The translations under genes and the position numbers were made by a program. From the human T2T-CHM13v2.0 reference genome, Homo sapiens, in assembly GCF_009914755.1 (NCBI RefSeq), contig NC_060936.1: a DNA stretch of 64,000 nt. One strand, 5' to 3'. Below, in pieces: positions 14,856-29,359 of the stretch (its first letter is position 1; every line of letters starts with the position of its first letter). A model generated the notes under the pieces. That model made no database searches. It saw nothing but the letters and a program-made list of their open reading frames with translations, and was not told the origin of the DNA.

Positions 14856-17227
14856 AACATACATAATTAACTTAGGTAAATTTACCATCCAGAGGGCCCA
14901 AATTACTCTACAAAAATGTCTAATTTTAACTTTTGTAAAATGTATATTTACACAAAATATATTTTTGAATTTTCTACGGTAGGCATTTATTCCTTTGTAT
15001 TATTAATAAAATAATGTCAAGGTCATTAATGAGGAATTTAGCTGTTGAAAAGGTTACTATTTTTTTTTTATAAACCACTGTACTTCTTGAAACAATAGGA
15101 AGATACCTGATGCCTAAGATAACTATAAAATATAGATTTATACTAAGATTTGTTGTTTCAATTATTATCATGTTTAAAAAAGGGCAAATCACTTAGTGTA
15201 GTTTTGTTTACTAAAAGGAATTGAGAGTTAAATTATATTTGATTAAATATTTATGATATTATATTGTTTCATTAATTATATCTTATTCCTAAATTTTATT
15301 TAGATTTGTATTCTGTTTATGTTCCTTAGTATTATACAATTAGCAGTCTGTAATTGATAAAATAACAATAACTTTTTGACAGTTTGAGGAATTTTAATAC
15401 AAAAATAAATGGATAGTTTCTAGCATATTTAGGGAAAGAAGTCATCCGTAAAGTCTTTGACATTTTTCTAAACCACTAATGATCTCACAATTTTTCCTTT
15501 GCATTCAATAAATAGTAAAGTGATTTTAATGGAAATGGAAGGGATTTTTCTGACTTTCAGAGATGAAACCACTTTTGTCATCCATTGTGTAATATTGTAC
15601 CTTTCAATTTATTAGTGCCAGCATGACGATTGCTATAATAATGATATTAAAAAGAACAGTAAACAAGTTTAGGAACAAAAGCAATAGGAATATACTGCAA
15701 AAACACAGTAATAAATACTAAGTTTTAAAATATATAATAGTGAAATTTGCCATCAGATAAGTGCTCAATGCTAATGCATGGTTTATTATTATAATCACTT
15801 ACTTAGATTAATTGTAGTTTGTGTGGTAGAGACTGGGGGATAGTCAAAAAAAAATTACAGCTTGCAAAAATGCTGGTAATATCAAGATATCAGGTGTCCC
15901 TTGGTTTGCTAAAAATCTGTATTTTAGTTTTTTAGTTGACAATGTTGTACATCACATTTTTAATAGTGAGTGTTTTTGAAGTTCTCGATCTCTAGTTTCA
16001 TATATAAGCCAAAGACATGGGCATTTGAACCATCTAGATTTCTTTAAACTAATTTATGGCTTAACAGGCATTGGAAATGTGATATTAAGACCTGTAGAAT
16101 TATTCGTTTTGGTTGCTCTTTGCCTACACTGCTGGGATCAGCCAAACCTATCATTTTATAAATTTTAATGTGTTATCTAAATGTATGATGTCTTTCATCA
16201 CAGGAGTTTTCTAAAATATCAGAAAAGTGTTTGAATAACATATGATTAAAAACATGGCACTACTTTTCAGTCCTAGGATTATCAACATTATGGCCTTTAT
16301 ATTTTTTATTTTGTCTTGTTTTTACATAGCATTTAAAGTTATAGGTATATCAACCTCATTTTAAACGTTAAAACTTTACACTAATCTTTGTTATACTTTA
16401 ACCTACTTTTAATAATTTAATGTTTAAATAATTTTTTCATTCTGCTATAACAGTTCCCTCAGATGAGGTCATTTTTGATCATCAAATTTTAATCTCAAAT
16501 TACAAATATATACATTTGATTACTTAAATTTTATCTCAAATTGCATATGGATATGTAATTTGTCAAAAAAATTGTGTGGTTTTTTTTTCCTAGTCTCTGT
16601 CTCTTATTCATTCTCTTCCTTGCTCTCCCATTTTCTTCCTTACTTTTTATCCCCCTTCCTTGTTCTCAAAGGTTTAAAGATTACCCTAGCAGCATTGCAT
16701 ACTGTTAGAGGGTACTCACAAAAGTTATTCAAAAAATTTCTTAACAATGACTAGTAATAGGTTATGCTCTTATCTGAAATTTAAAATGATGCTTCTGTGT
16801 CTATATCAGGACACGCGAATTTTACCTTTGGCATTTATTGTGCTAAAGAACTGCTCCTAGATAATTTTGAATATGCAGTTGAGAAATATACCAGTGGGCA
16901 GCTACTCAAATATTATTTTTGACAGTGGATTGTACCATTATGTGAAGTCCTATAACGATGCCTAATTATTAAACCAATCATACTCTAAATTTTGAAAATC
17001 TGTTGAGATAACAGTTTACTTATAAAACATTAAGTAATAGATTGTCTTAGCTGCATTCCGTGACACTTGCATACCCACACATGTACATGCATACAGATCC
17101 ATGTCAGAATAAATTATTAGCATAATGATTTGAGCAGGAATTGAGTATGTAATATTAAATTAAAATTTTTCTTCCTCCAGGCCAGTATAAGAATTCTGTT
17201 GTTTCTTCAGAAAGTCATGATCTACCT

Positions 17228-17552
17228 CTACACTCTCCCATATGGTAGCCTCTGGCCTCATGTGGTTATTGAACTCTTGAAATACCCTCACGTGGCTATT
17301 GAGCTCTTGAAATGTGGCAAGTCCAATTTGAGATTTGGTATTTAAAAAAGACTGGAAGATGTCTCACCAGTAATTTTTATATTCATTGCATGTTGAAATA
17401 ATAACATTTTGGATATATGTATTTTAATAAAATATATTATTAGAGCTAATTTGACCTTATTCTTTTTTTTCTCTGAATGTGGCTACTAGAAAATTTTAAA
17501 CTAGATATATTTTTTGGATTTGCAGCTCACATTATATTTCCATTGGACCATG
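17228..17552. mobile_element. MER33-like hAT-Charlie fossil with an internal ~29-bp duplication
   Basis: gtggctattgagctcttgaaatgtggc and aatgtggctactagaaaattttaaa. The segment cctcaYgtggYtattgaRctcttgaaat occurs twice at ~17256-17313. Confidence 0.75.
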
Positions 17553-17557
17553 CCAAT

Positions 17558-17938
17558 TGTATTAGCCCATTTTGCATTGTTGTAAAGGAATACCTGAGGC
17601 TGGATAATTTATATAGAAAAGAGATGTATTTCGGCTCATGGGTCTGCAGACTGTACAAGAAGCAAATGCCACATCTGCTTCTTGTGTGCCCTCAGACAGC
17701 CTACAATCATGGTGGAAGGCTCAAGGAGAGCAGGCATCTCACATAGCGAGAGAGGAAGCAAGAGGGAGGAGAGGAGGTGCCTGGCTCTTTAAACCAGCTG
17801 TCATGCGAATAAGTAGAGTAAGTGAGGACTTATTACCATGGGGAGGACATGAAGCCTTTCCACTAGGCCCCACCTCCAATACTGGGGGGTCACATTTCAA
17901 CATGAGATTTGGAGGGAACAGGTATCCTAACTATATCA
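17558..17938 (-). mobile_element. MST (MaLR) solo LTR
   Basis: tgtattag...ctatatca termini with a perfect 5-bp TSD CCAAT. Confidence 0.92.
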
Positions 17939-20324
17939 CCAATTTAGTTCATCCTCATGGCTCCAACTACATTATTGCAAAAAATAAAATGTAATAAGAT
18001 AATTTTATTCTGTGAATATCTTTATATTAGCAGATTTTTTTTTAATTTTCTCAGAAAACGAACGTGGATTAGTAACAGCACATTGGATGTTTTATCACAA
18101 TTTAACTAAAACCTTTTTGACACCCTTATAGATTTAAAGGTATTATCTTCTATAGATGAAAATTACCATGAATAATTCTAGGTGATTGCACTTCACATAT
18201 AGACATCATTTATCAGTGATTCATTTATACTCAGAAATTAATTATTGTGTATTTTTCAATCGCTGTTTAAAACCTCTATTTTCTGTAGAATAATTAAACT
18301 GTTATTTTTTTCTCACTACTGCGGTCAAATGCACCTTCAGGGCCAAGATTATCTATAAAAGTTGGGGAAGATGTTAAAATAAAATTGGTAACGTGAGAAC
18401 TTGAGAATTTTCTTTGTTTTGTGGCCCATCTTCTGTTGAAGTTCATGCTATCTCTTTGTAATACCCTCTCCCCACTCTTCAGACCTCCTTTAGCCTCTTT
18501 AATCAACAAGTCACAGACTTTCTTTGTACTCTCCACTGCTATGATACTTGAGTGATTTTTAATACTATCTTGAAGAGAATCCTTCTATGAAAATACTCCT
18601 CTTTCCCTCTGTGTCTTTCACTGTTAGACCTTGTCAGCTACCATAAACACTATCATCCTTCAGAACAGACATGTTTTCAAGGTCTGTAAGTTTGAAATTG
18701 CCTTCTGTCTACAATGACACCCTATTTTTCTCACCTTGCCTTCATTTTCATCAAACTTTTTCTTATGTGACTTCTAGTCATTTACCTCACTATTTTTCCT
18801 TGTATTTTTCTTTTATTCTGGTTATTACTGCCTTGCCTTCCTATAATTCCTGCCTAGTCTAGAGTTTACAGGCAGCTTTTCCAGCATCGATTTCCCATCC
18901 CCTGTATCACACCCCAATATGTGCTACCCCCGCTTAGCCTCCCAGGTCACTGATTGAGTCCATAAAAAACAACTGGCTGTTCTCAAGTCTTTTCACATTT
19001 ATGTTGTGTACTGAAAATATCCTAGATTAGTAATTCCAGAATTTTGCCCTCCTCAGGGCACTGTTCTTTTTTTCTCAATTTCCACACTCTAAGAAACCAA
19101 CATGACTCTTCTTTCACTTAGAAGAATAAGTCAAACTGGTGTTAATTTTGCTAACTCCCCACCTCTGTACTTTATCATTCTGAGCATCTAGAAATGTTTA
19201 AATACCTAAAAATTTCATGTACTTTGATTGGTCTTGGGATTATAAAGATACATGTTCCTAAAGAGCTCATAGTGCAGTGTGGGAAATAGACAAAAACAAA
19301 AGAAGTCTAGAATGAGATACATGTTCATAGCAAAGACAGAAACAGAATGTTATTGGAACATAGGAGTGGAAGTATTTGAATCTCCATGAATCTTTATGAA
19401 ATGATATGAAAAATTAAGCGAATAGTAAAATATACTACGTTGTTCAGGATCAGTAGACAGGTTTTTGTTTGTCAACTGTTTGTGTTTTACTTTGATGATA
19501 AATGAATTAACTCTTTGAACACACACACACACACTTTTTATATATATATAAACAGGTCCTGAGGGCATTTGAAAATGAAAAAAAAAAAACCCATAAACAC
19601 CCATGCTCTCAACGAACCACTAATGGGGTCAACACAATTGTATTTTCCTATTTCGTTTTTTCCATTCTGCGATACAGTGCTTTCTGCCAAAGATGGTTAT
19701 TCTCCTTCATCTTTTAGTACTCTTGTATTCCTTTTGATTGAAGAACCTTTTTGACTTCCAAGGCCACAGTGGCATTTACTTCTTTACCAGCTATTTCTCC
19801 TACATATGTCCTTGGAATAGGAAAAATATATACTCAAAATTAGAGTAATCTTTATCATAGGATCTCACAAGAAGGAACAAATTCATATTTATAAGAATAT
19901 TTGCTGCCTTAGCCAACACTTATGTATGTATTTTTTGTGTATATCCTTACTTAGAATATAGCAATCAAATTTGGAGCTAAAATTAGCGGAGACAATGTCA
20001 AGGTGAAATATATTTTATCTTTGATCATTAGATGAACATGGCAGATCGATTACAGAGATCAACTCAATTGCTCTTTTATAAACTGAAAAGCACTAGCTGT
20101 GAATTCTACTTTGGAAGTACCTCACTCCAATTCTGTGATGTATGTTTGTTTACATTTGGGCCCAAACAAGAAATGACTCTCATCATTATACAGTGTGATG
20201 TATTGGTTATATTGCTGTATTCCTCTGACATAATGAGTGTGGTTAACCAATGTTTTTAAAATGTAAATACAATTATTTAGATTTATTTTCCAGGAATAAT
20301 TTGAATTCACTGTCTCATATTCAG

Positions 20325-20428
20325 GTTCAAAACATTATTTGTGGCTGGAGAACGATGTGATGTAGAGACCCTGGAATGGTCCAAAAATGTCTTCAGAGTA
20401 CCTGTCTTAGACCATTGGTGGCAAACTG
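20325..20428 (+). CDS. ACSS3: ACSS3 internal coding exon, 104 nt: (R)FKTLFVAGERCDVETLEWSKNVFRVPVLDHWWQT
   Basis: Acceptor tcatattcag|G and donor ACTG|gtaagc. Phase 2 to 1. Encodes the acyl-CoA synthetase motifs VAGE and DHWWQT(ETG), and joins the next exon in frame. Confidence 0.96.
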
Positions 20429-21591
20429 GTAAGCATTTTCCTAGCATGTACATAAATAGTAAAGAAATGTTCCAAAAAGCTGCAAGGATTGGAGGAAACT
20501 TTTGAGCTACGACCAGCAGATCAGACACAAACTCGGGATTCGAGTGGTTCAGGTTTCAGTAAAAATAAGCAATTTTTTTATTGTTGTGTTATTAATAATG
20601 TCTTCATAAGTGACATTGATGCCACCATTCTCTTGGTCCCTAGGTATAAAGCACTAAAGACCTCTTTATCTTCTCTTCTTTGTTTCTTATATCTGGTAAG
20701 TTACTAAGTCTCAGATTTTCCTTTGAAGTGTCTGTTGGGTTCATTCCACCTTCAGTATTCCCCTTGCCTTTGAGCTCTGGCAGCTGCATTATCCTCTGTC
20801 CTGATTTAAAGTTTCCTAATCACTCATCTCTATTCTCTCTGCTTTTTGATACACACTGCACACTGCTCCCAGAGTCCTTTTATGAAGGCTTGTTCCTCTC
20901 ATAGGACTCTCTGGCCACCTTCTTGTGTTCTATAATATCTAATATATTCTGCCTAGCATTAAAGGCAGAGAAATTTATTTTTCTTCAAAACAATTGTCAT
21001 TACATATGTAATTTGTTCATTTAATTTATTTTGTTTATTCCCTATAGTCCTCCCTCTAAGTGTTCCCTGGGAAACAAATTTTCATATTAAATGGATCAAC
21101 TATAAACTTTGGAATAAGCAGACAACCACCACAACAATAACTCTATCTGCTGCTTCTTTTGAGGGATGGCTATATATATGAGAATGGGTACATTGTCTAG
21201 AAGCCATTTACCTCCTCACAAAGTACAGAGATTTTAAAAAATTTGACTCACTGAAAGCAGCTATGAGCCATGGGAGCCCTACAACCTTTATATGTACATA
21301 TTTTATTTTAGTCCCACTTAGTTCAATGAATTAGATCAACCTTTTTATATACATATTTTCAGTATTCTCACCTTCTCTGCATCTGGGGCAGAATATCAAA
21401 TTTGGGTTAAAAATTAGTGAGATTACTTTGCAAAAAATTAGCTCTGATTGTAAAAATGATTTTCATGTAAAAGATTAACTGAATGACTAAGCCTGAAATG
21501 CAGTGTTTGATACTTCAGAAGTTTCTGATTCTGACAAATTATACTTTTTATATTATGTCCTTGAATATTGTTCTTTAAAAATGTGTTTTCT

Positions 21592-21910
21592 GACTGGGCA
21601 CGGTGGCTCATGCCTATAATTCCTGCACTTTGGGAAGCAAAAACAGGCAGATCACTTGAGATCACTTGAGGTCAGGAGTTACAGACCAGCCTGGCCAACA
21701 TGGTGAAACCCCATCTCTACTTAAAATACAAAAAATTAGCCAGGCGTGATGGAGCGTGCCTGTAATCTCAGCTACTCGGGAGGCAGAGAATTGCTTGAAC
21801 CCAGGAGGAGGAGGTTGCGGTGAGCCAAGATCCTATCATTGCACTCCAGCCTGGGCAACAGAGCAAGACTGTCAAAAAAAAAAAAAAAAAGAAAAAGAAA
21901 GAAAGAAAGA
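21592..21910 (+). mobile_element. AluS element with a 10-bp tandem duplication (agatcacttg x2)
   Basis: Dimer with an A/GAAA tail and a TSD of roughly aaaaatg(tg)ttttct. Confidence 0.93.
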
Positions 21911-22968
21911 AAAAAATGTTTTCTACATCCTTTGTAATATGAAATATAAAATGAATAATCAGAGCAGAGGACACTTTCCTTACATAAGATGAAAATCAGA
22001 AAGAAGCTTTCTATTCCTTCCAGTTTTATTTACTAAGGGGAAAATTATTTAAACTCAGATTTGTAACTCTTTAGAAAATACAAAGTATAAGAAGGAATTT
22101 TGAGAACAATCAATGCTATGTGTAGAAATACATAAAAACAAGTGAAGAATTATTGCATCTGCAAGAAGAATGTTTACAGTATTTATGTATCCCCTATTAG
22201 CCAGGAAAGCTTTAACAGTTATTTTCTTGGTCATGAACTAGTAAATGTTTTGTCACCTTTAAGATAATTTCTCTTATCTGTTCAAAATGGGGGACTACTT
22301 TCCACACAAACGTGACCCGACACAAACGCTTGCAGAAAAGTTCTGTTTTTCCCTCTTCAAGGTGACTGTGCCAAAACTCACTGAAGAAAACTAGCACATT
22401 CACAAATAAAATTATAAAATTCTTTTACTTTTTCTTATAGACACCTTTGTACATAATAGCCTGTGTGGGTTTATGTAGTTAGTTTATTCAGGCTTACAAA
22501 AAAGGTCACTGAAGCCTGTGACAGAAGCATATGAGGTCCCTGGTGGATACTCAGTTCCATGAGAATTTGCAATTTTTCTTTAATGTATTGTTCCAAGGGA
22601 ATTAATAGCTACATTGTGTCAGTGTGCTGTCACTGTAATCAGGTTGGAGTGACTGTTAATTGCCATGGAAAACATGTGGATTTTACTAATAAAATGAATG
22701 ATTCTTTCCATTTCCATTGTCCTCATCCCGTTTGCTTTTACAGCCTTTGTTTGGTATTCTGTCCTATTAAACTACACAAATATATTTGAATGGGTAGATA
22801 GGTAGCTAGTAGCTAGATCGCTAGATTATTTTGTGCTTTGTAAAATAATTTCATTATAGGTGATGCAGAGGTTGGCTAACAGGACACTAGTTAGGATCTC
22901 TATACGTTTGCATAGAAAAAAATCAATTTATCATTTTCAAAGTTGTATGTTGTGGTAAGTAGTTATAA

Positions 22969-23324
<356 letters not shown>

Positions 23325-23861
23325 CTAAGGTGCTATCAAATTGATGTTTGATTCTGGGTGAAAGGGCAAGTATGTTATGAGTTATTATGAAATATTACAA
23401 AAAGATAAACATCTGGTATTACAAGTGCATTAATGAGTTTCCTAGTTTTGTATATCAAATAGATGGTGGTACATTTCCCCAAGAAGTATGCTAGGAAACA
23501 CATGTTAATGTTTAAGAGAAGGTTAGCTTTAACCAAATAATACTTTGCTTTATTTCAAATTTCAAGTTTTCTACAGGGTCCCTTTTTCTTGTTATTGACT
23601 TAGAAGTTGATATTTTTTACATACTTGCACACTTTTATGAGCCTTTCATATAAATTCATATGTGTATGAATAATTCATGAATTTGCTCTCTGATTACACT
23701 GATACATGTGTACAAATGAGCTGCTTAGAAACTGTGATGTGTAATTTGAAATTAGTAAGGGATATGTTAAGTAACTAAAACGTATGAATAAAAATTAAGT
23801 AGTTCCTGTGACTTGAGTTGTAAGAAGGGACTCCGCAGTCAGTTCATTTATATGACCATGT

Positions 23862-24428
23862 TTTGTTAATCGGGGTTCTCCAGAGAGACAGATTTTGTAG
23901 ATATAGATACAGATATATGAGAGGATACTTTTTAGAGAGATTGGCTGACATGATTATGGAGACTGAGAAGTCCTGTAATAGGCCATCTGCAAGTTTGAGA
24001 CCCTGGAATTCTGGTAGCATGGCTCAGTCCAAGTCCAAAGGCCTCAGAATGAGGGAAGCCAACGAATGATGTCACTCTTAGTTTAAGACCAGAGGCTTGA
24101 GAACTCAGGGGGCCACTTATATAAGTTCTGGACTCCAAAGATGGGGGAGCCTGGAGTTGTTGTCCAGGGATAGGAGAAGAAGAGTGTATTCCAACTTCAG
24201 CAGTTGGATGCACACATTCACCTTTCCTCTATTCTTGTTCTTTCTGGTTCTGCCTGCTTGGATGGTGCCCACTCGCACTGAGGAAAGATCTTCTCATCTT
24301 GTCCATTCAGACTCACATATTAGTCTCTTCTGGAAACATCTTCACAGACACAACCAAACATAATGCTTTACCAGATTGCTAGGTATTTCTTAATTCAGTC
24401 AAGTTGACACCTAAAATTAACCATCACA
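23862..24428 (-). mobile_element. MLT2 (ERVL) solo LTR
   Basis: gggttctccagagagacaga ... caagttgacacctaaaattaaccatcaca. Confidence 0.9.
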
Positions 24429-25255
24429 CATTATTATTGTTGCTCTAGTGCAACTTGTATTAGTACCAACTGATTTTAGTGACTAACATCCTCTTTATTT
24501 CATTAAAAAGACATTCTTTTATATCTGATTCAAATAATATCTAATAATCTAAACTGAGACCTAATCTGTAGAAAATACAAGAACAGATTAGCACCCTCCA
24601 CCCCTCATAGGAACATTTTAATAAAGAATTGTTGTTGTTCACCACCACTGAAGCATGAATCTCTTGCTTTGGAGTATAATAATGTAAATATTTAATGCTG
24701 TCATGAAGGAAATTGGTCTTGTCAAGTTTAGAGAGGAGAGTTGTCTCTATTTGTTTCTAAATCTGTATAAAAGCCAAATTGTCATTCACCCAGATGTATT
24801 ATCTTCACAGTAACTCATCCATAAAAAGATTAAAAACATCTGGATTATTGACTGAACTTTTCGTTTTATTTTTTACCCAGAGATAGAGAAACAGAGGTTT
24901 TACAATCATAATTTAAAAAGGGAAAACAAAAAGATAATGGTTTCATTAAAATATGGTAATCCATGTGCCAAAAAAAAGAAATGAACAGCCAGAACTTCCT
25001 TATCCTCAGCTGTACGATCCCCAAATAAAACACTATATTGTTATAGAGGTCAGACAGGAAGCACAATTTTAGAAGGAAAGAACTGTCAGTGCAGTGCATG
25101 GTGGCCTTCGTGGGATTTTTTTTTTCTTGTGATTTAAGATCACTGTAAAGGAATTATTGTTTTTATGAGTAAATGAGCTAGTACAAAAAAAAGATTTGTT
25201 AAAGTTCAGAGACTTACTGTTAAATCCTAAACACAGTAGATCTACTTTTTTCTAT

Positions 25256-25445
25256 TCTTCCTTCCTCCTCTTCTTCCTTCCTCCTCTTCTTCCTTCCTCC
25301 TCTTCTTCCTTCCTCCTCTTCTTCCTTCCTTCCCTCCCTTCCTCCCTCCCCCCTCGTTCTCTTCCTCCCTTCTTTCCTCCTTACCTCTCTTCCACCCTTC
25401 TTCCCTCCCTCCCTTCTTTTATTTCTTCTTTCCTTCATTCATTCC
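25256..25445. repeat. CT-rich low-complexity / (TTCC)n tract
   Basis: Nearly pure pyrimidine sequence. Confidence 0.9.
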
Positions 25446-27635
25446 TATTTGCTATAAGATATGGTATTGGTTTAGAAATGATTGTAACAAAACATCCTGG
25501 AGTCCCAATGTTTAATGTTATTTAATCCTAGATAAAAACGCTTTGTTCTTTCTCTTGCTATCACTCAGTTAATTCATGACAGCTACAAAGATAGAATACT
25601 CAAATTCCACAATGGCTTTTATAAGGGGCAACTTAGTGAAGGGTTTAATTCAACAAAATTCAGATTATTTTTACCTGTTGACAGGACACTACCTGTGTAC
25701 TTACCATCAGAAGATCTAGAGCTTATATTGAAAGTGTTTCAAGTGTCCTTATGTCCAGGTACTGATGACATAGTTGAAATGAAGTAATGACCACCAACTT
25801 GAGCAGCACTAGGTGATTTTGTTGTTTGTTTGTTTTCATCACTTTAATGGAGGAATAAAATTCTTAGATAATTCACAGAATTTGTTAAACTCTAAGGAGG
25901 AATTTCAATGAGAAAACAGTAGTCATCTAATGAACTGAGACATTGGTGATGATTGAAATGTTTGATCTTACTTTATCTGCCTTGAGCCATCTTTGTGGAG
26001 TTCTTCTATCTTGGTGTAATCTGAGTATTTAACTCCATAATTGATTGAACTGCTTCGGTTTTAATTGTAACTGCAGTTCTGAAGTAATTATAGTCTATAT
26101 ACAGCCTAACTCTTCCTCCTTTGGGGAATAATCTGATAATTCTGGATTTTGTTAAAGTGGACCCAAAGGCTCCTCCAAACTTCAGTCATGCCAGCTCCTA
26201 AATCTAAACTATTGATTCTAAGGGTACACATACCCTTATACTATGTTATTAAAATGTGTCAGGGCTGCTTGTTATGATTTCTTATTTTTGCATAGCTTGG
26301 CAAGTTAGAATTCCTGACAGTAGACAACTGAGGCAAGACTTTTAACTACAAAAGTTGACGAGGTTGATCGAATTTAATCCTTATTCTTAGGGATATCTGG
26401 AGAAGATTCACTAGCCCAGAAATTGTTTAAGACAGCAATACATTCTATTTACAAAAATCAAAACCACAAAATAGAATAATTACTAAGAGTTTGATAACAG
26501 AGATCTCTGTGGGAAATGTTACAGGCACAACTACAGCCCTGTCTCATTCCTCCTAAGTAAACACATTGTAAAACACTTAACTAGGATTTGAGGATTTGCT
26601 AGGTAAGGTATCAAAGTCTAAGTCACTTTTTTTTCCGTGATCATCCTCTTCCATTGTTCCTCCTGAATTCTCAGACATTTTTCTTTCATGTGTCCATGTT
26701 GATACACTGAATTGCAGATGGATTTAATCTGTCAGCCTGCAGTTCTCTATATTTAGGCTATAATAGGGAATTTTATATCCCTGGAATCAGCATTGAGAAC
26801 ATTATGCCTCTTGTTATTTTTACACTTTTTAAAACGTTTCACAACTGTGTGTTAGCGTGTGACTTTCTTCGAATTTACTTAGCTTGTGTCCTGTGCAAAA
26901 TCTTGTATATTTACTGCAAAATACATTCCTAGGCATACCTAGGCATAAGAGGCCCATATAGCTGATGTGACAATGAAGAAAGCACATTCTTGGTGACTTG
27001 AGGACTCCATCTTGATTTAAAAACCTGTTTTATGTGGTTTGAGTACCAACAGCCATTAGCAAATATTCCTCTGTCTGCAGATCAGGGAGCAAAATATTTC
27101 CATGTGCTATCAAATGCTGCCTTCTGGATTTTGCTTTTTAACTACTTGTTATTCTCTGCTTCTGTATTTTACTCAGTAATTTCTGAGTCTATCAAAATTG
27201 CACTATGGTGCGAGGGTTTCTTTAAAGTACATGTCTGTGTTTCAAAGATAATGGATTGAGCTAGTGTGAAATGCAAACTGTAGAACTCAAAGAGTTGGGT
27301 TGTACTGAACCGGCAAAACATGACCCCATGAACCAGGTTACCCAGGAGATACCCTAGGCTACTTTCAAATAGTAAAATGCAAATAATCTTTCAGTAATAT
27401 GAATGACTTAACTACTGTCTGATACATCTTTGTTTTTCACAATTTAATGGTCAGAAATACATTTATTTTTTTTCTTTCATTCATAGAAAAGATATTTTTT
27501 GGTAAATTTAACATGAGAAGTTGTGATGGGGGAAAAAGCAGTTATATAGACACAGTGTCATCTCAGCAACGTGTAACTAGAGATGGCGTGACAGCATCCA
27601 TCTGGTGAGAGAGAAAAGAAGCCCTATGTCATTAT

Positions 27636-27650
27636 TGTTGCCTGGCAACA
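27636..27650. promoter_or_regulatory. Candidate RFX X-box (TGTTGCCTGGCAACA)
   Basis: Palindromic match to the GTTGCC-N-GGCAAC X-box, in non-repeat sequence. Confidence 0.45.
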
Positions 27651-28364
27651 GCATTTTTTCTCATTTAGAGTAGTCTTCATTAGTTTAAAGTAGGTGATTT
27701 TTACTGATAATTTGAAAAGCCAGAGCTTAGAAGTAAGCTACATGAATTTGGTTTGTGGAAAGAATAACCTTTTGTCAAATGTAAGGCATGCTTAATAAGG
27801 CTTTCTCTTTCTGAAAGTGAATAACTGTTTACAAACTGCTAATCCACCTGAGAATGAATTCCCAAAGCAAACACCCTCATTGAATCAGACATTTCATCTT
27901 TATAGCATTATAATGTAAAAAGAACATCATTTTTTAAAAAATATATTACACAAATTAGTTCAGAGATGTAGAATTGTGTTTTGGAATCACTATTTGTGCT
28001 CATTATTATATCAGTGACAATGCTTTGGCAAGGGACTAAACGCTGGGAAATCGATTAATAACATAAAGTTGTTTTGGCCTTTGAAATATCTGTTCTAATT
28101 CTCCTCCTACTCTGGGCAAGGATCACGTATAAACCATGTTAGAAAGTTGAAAATATGTCATGTTTTTATAGATCTTCACAAGAGCAAGAGTTATCTATAC
28201 CTTCCCTTGACAAACTTTACTGTCTGGAAATTTGATTCCCCCTGATACACGTAAACCCCTGCACTGGGCCTACTGCCCCCACAAAACAATTCCCAATTCC
28301 TCTTTTGCTGTGAATTTTAATTTGGAAAACAGCAGGTGGCTATTCTCCTTGGAGAAACAATGTG

Positions 28365-28560
28365 GGTAGCAAGAAGTGATGCAGAATCCAGTAGGACTGC
28401 CTTTACATCCCAATTCAGCCACTTACTCTATAGCCAAGGGCAAATCCTTGATCTTAAGTTTCCTCAGGACTAATTGAAAGCTTTAAGTGAAGTGAAATAT
28501 GTACTAACAACCTAGAAGAATTCCTGGCATATAGTCAGCACTCAAAAAATATTATTTTTA
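28365..28560 (+). mobile_element. MIR
   Basis: gccacttact...gggcaa...agtttcctca...cctggcatatagt...cactcaaaaaatattatt. Confidence 0.7.
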
Positions 28561-29359
28561 TTTTCCTTTCTATAAATAGCCCTTCATTAATGTAAAGGCC
28601 ATCTTTAGAATCTTGGCCTGTAAATAATTCAGATTCAAAAAAACTTGGACTGTAAAAGCGGAACTTACTTTTGAGAAAATGTAACCGTAGAGATTTTACT
28701 TTCCTTGAGTCAACTAGCTAGTTGACATTAGAACCAGAACGCTCATTCTTCTGTGCTGTCCTGGGTCCTCTCCCCATAGCTTTTATCTCATGCCTTCATT
28801 AACTCAGTGTTTCTTATCTAGTTAAACACAGGGTTATTTATGGGCTTCTCCATTGAGTCCTCCACAGTTAGAGGCAATGTGCTATAAGGGAGTAGGATAA
28901 GACCAGTGTCTCATAGCTCGAATTAATGGTCTTCTTCCTATACAAAGAAGCAACCTATAGGTTGCTTTGAATTAACTATTTTAAACTAAAATCCTACCAT
29001 CTCCTGAACACAAAGATTACATTGATTTTCTTTCACTAGTGTACATCTCACTGTTTCTGCTTTCTTTCTGCTACCTATTCAAGTTATTTATAGTTCACTG
29101 TAAAGATTCAGAGGTGGGGAGAATGGTTTCTTTACAAATTGCCTCTATGCCCATCGTGATGCTGTGATTAATATGATTCAGCAGTACTAGGTTGCTGCAT
29201 TGATTTATTCGTAAGTCTTCCACTCGCAGCATGGACTACCGACTTCTAAATCCATATTGTTTTAATGTAGTTTCTGGAACCACTGTAAAGGCAGAATGGC
29301 AGATTGCCAGATGCAGCGGGAGCTCTGATTTATAGAGCTGGACTTGTGAACTTGCCACC

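Noticed and set aside
25196-25525. 109-aa and 72-aa ORFs
   Set aside because: Low-complexity CT tract.
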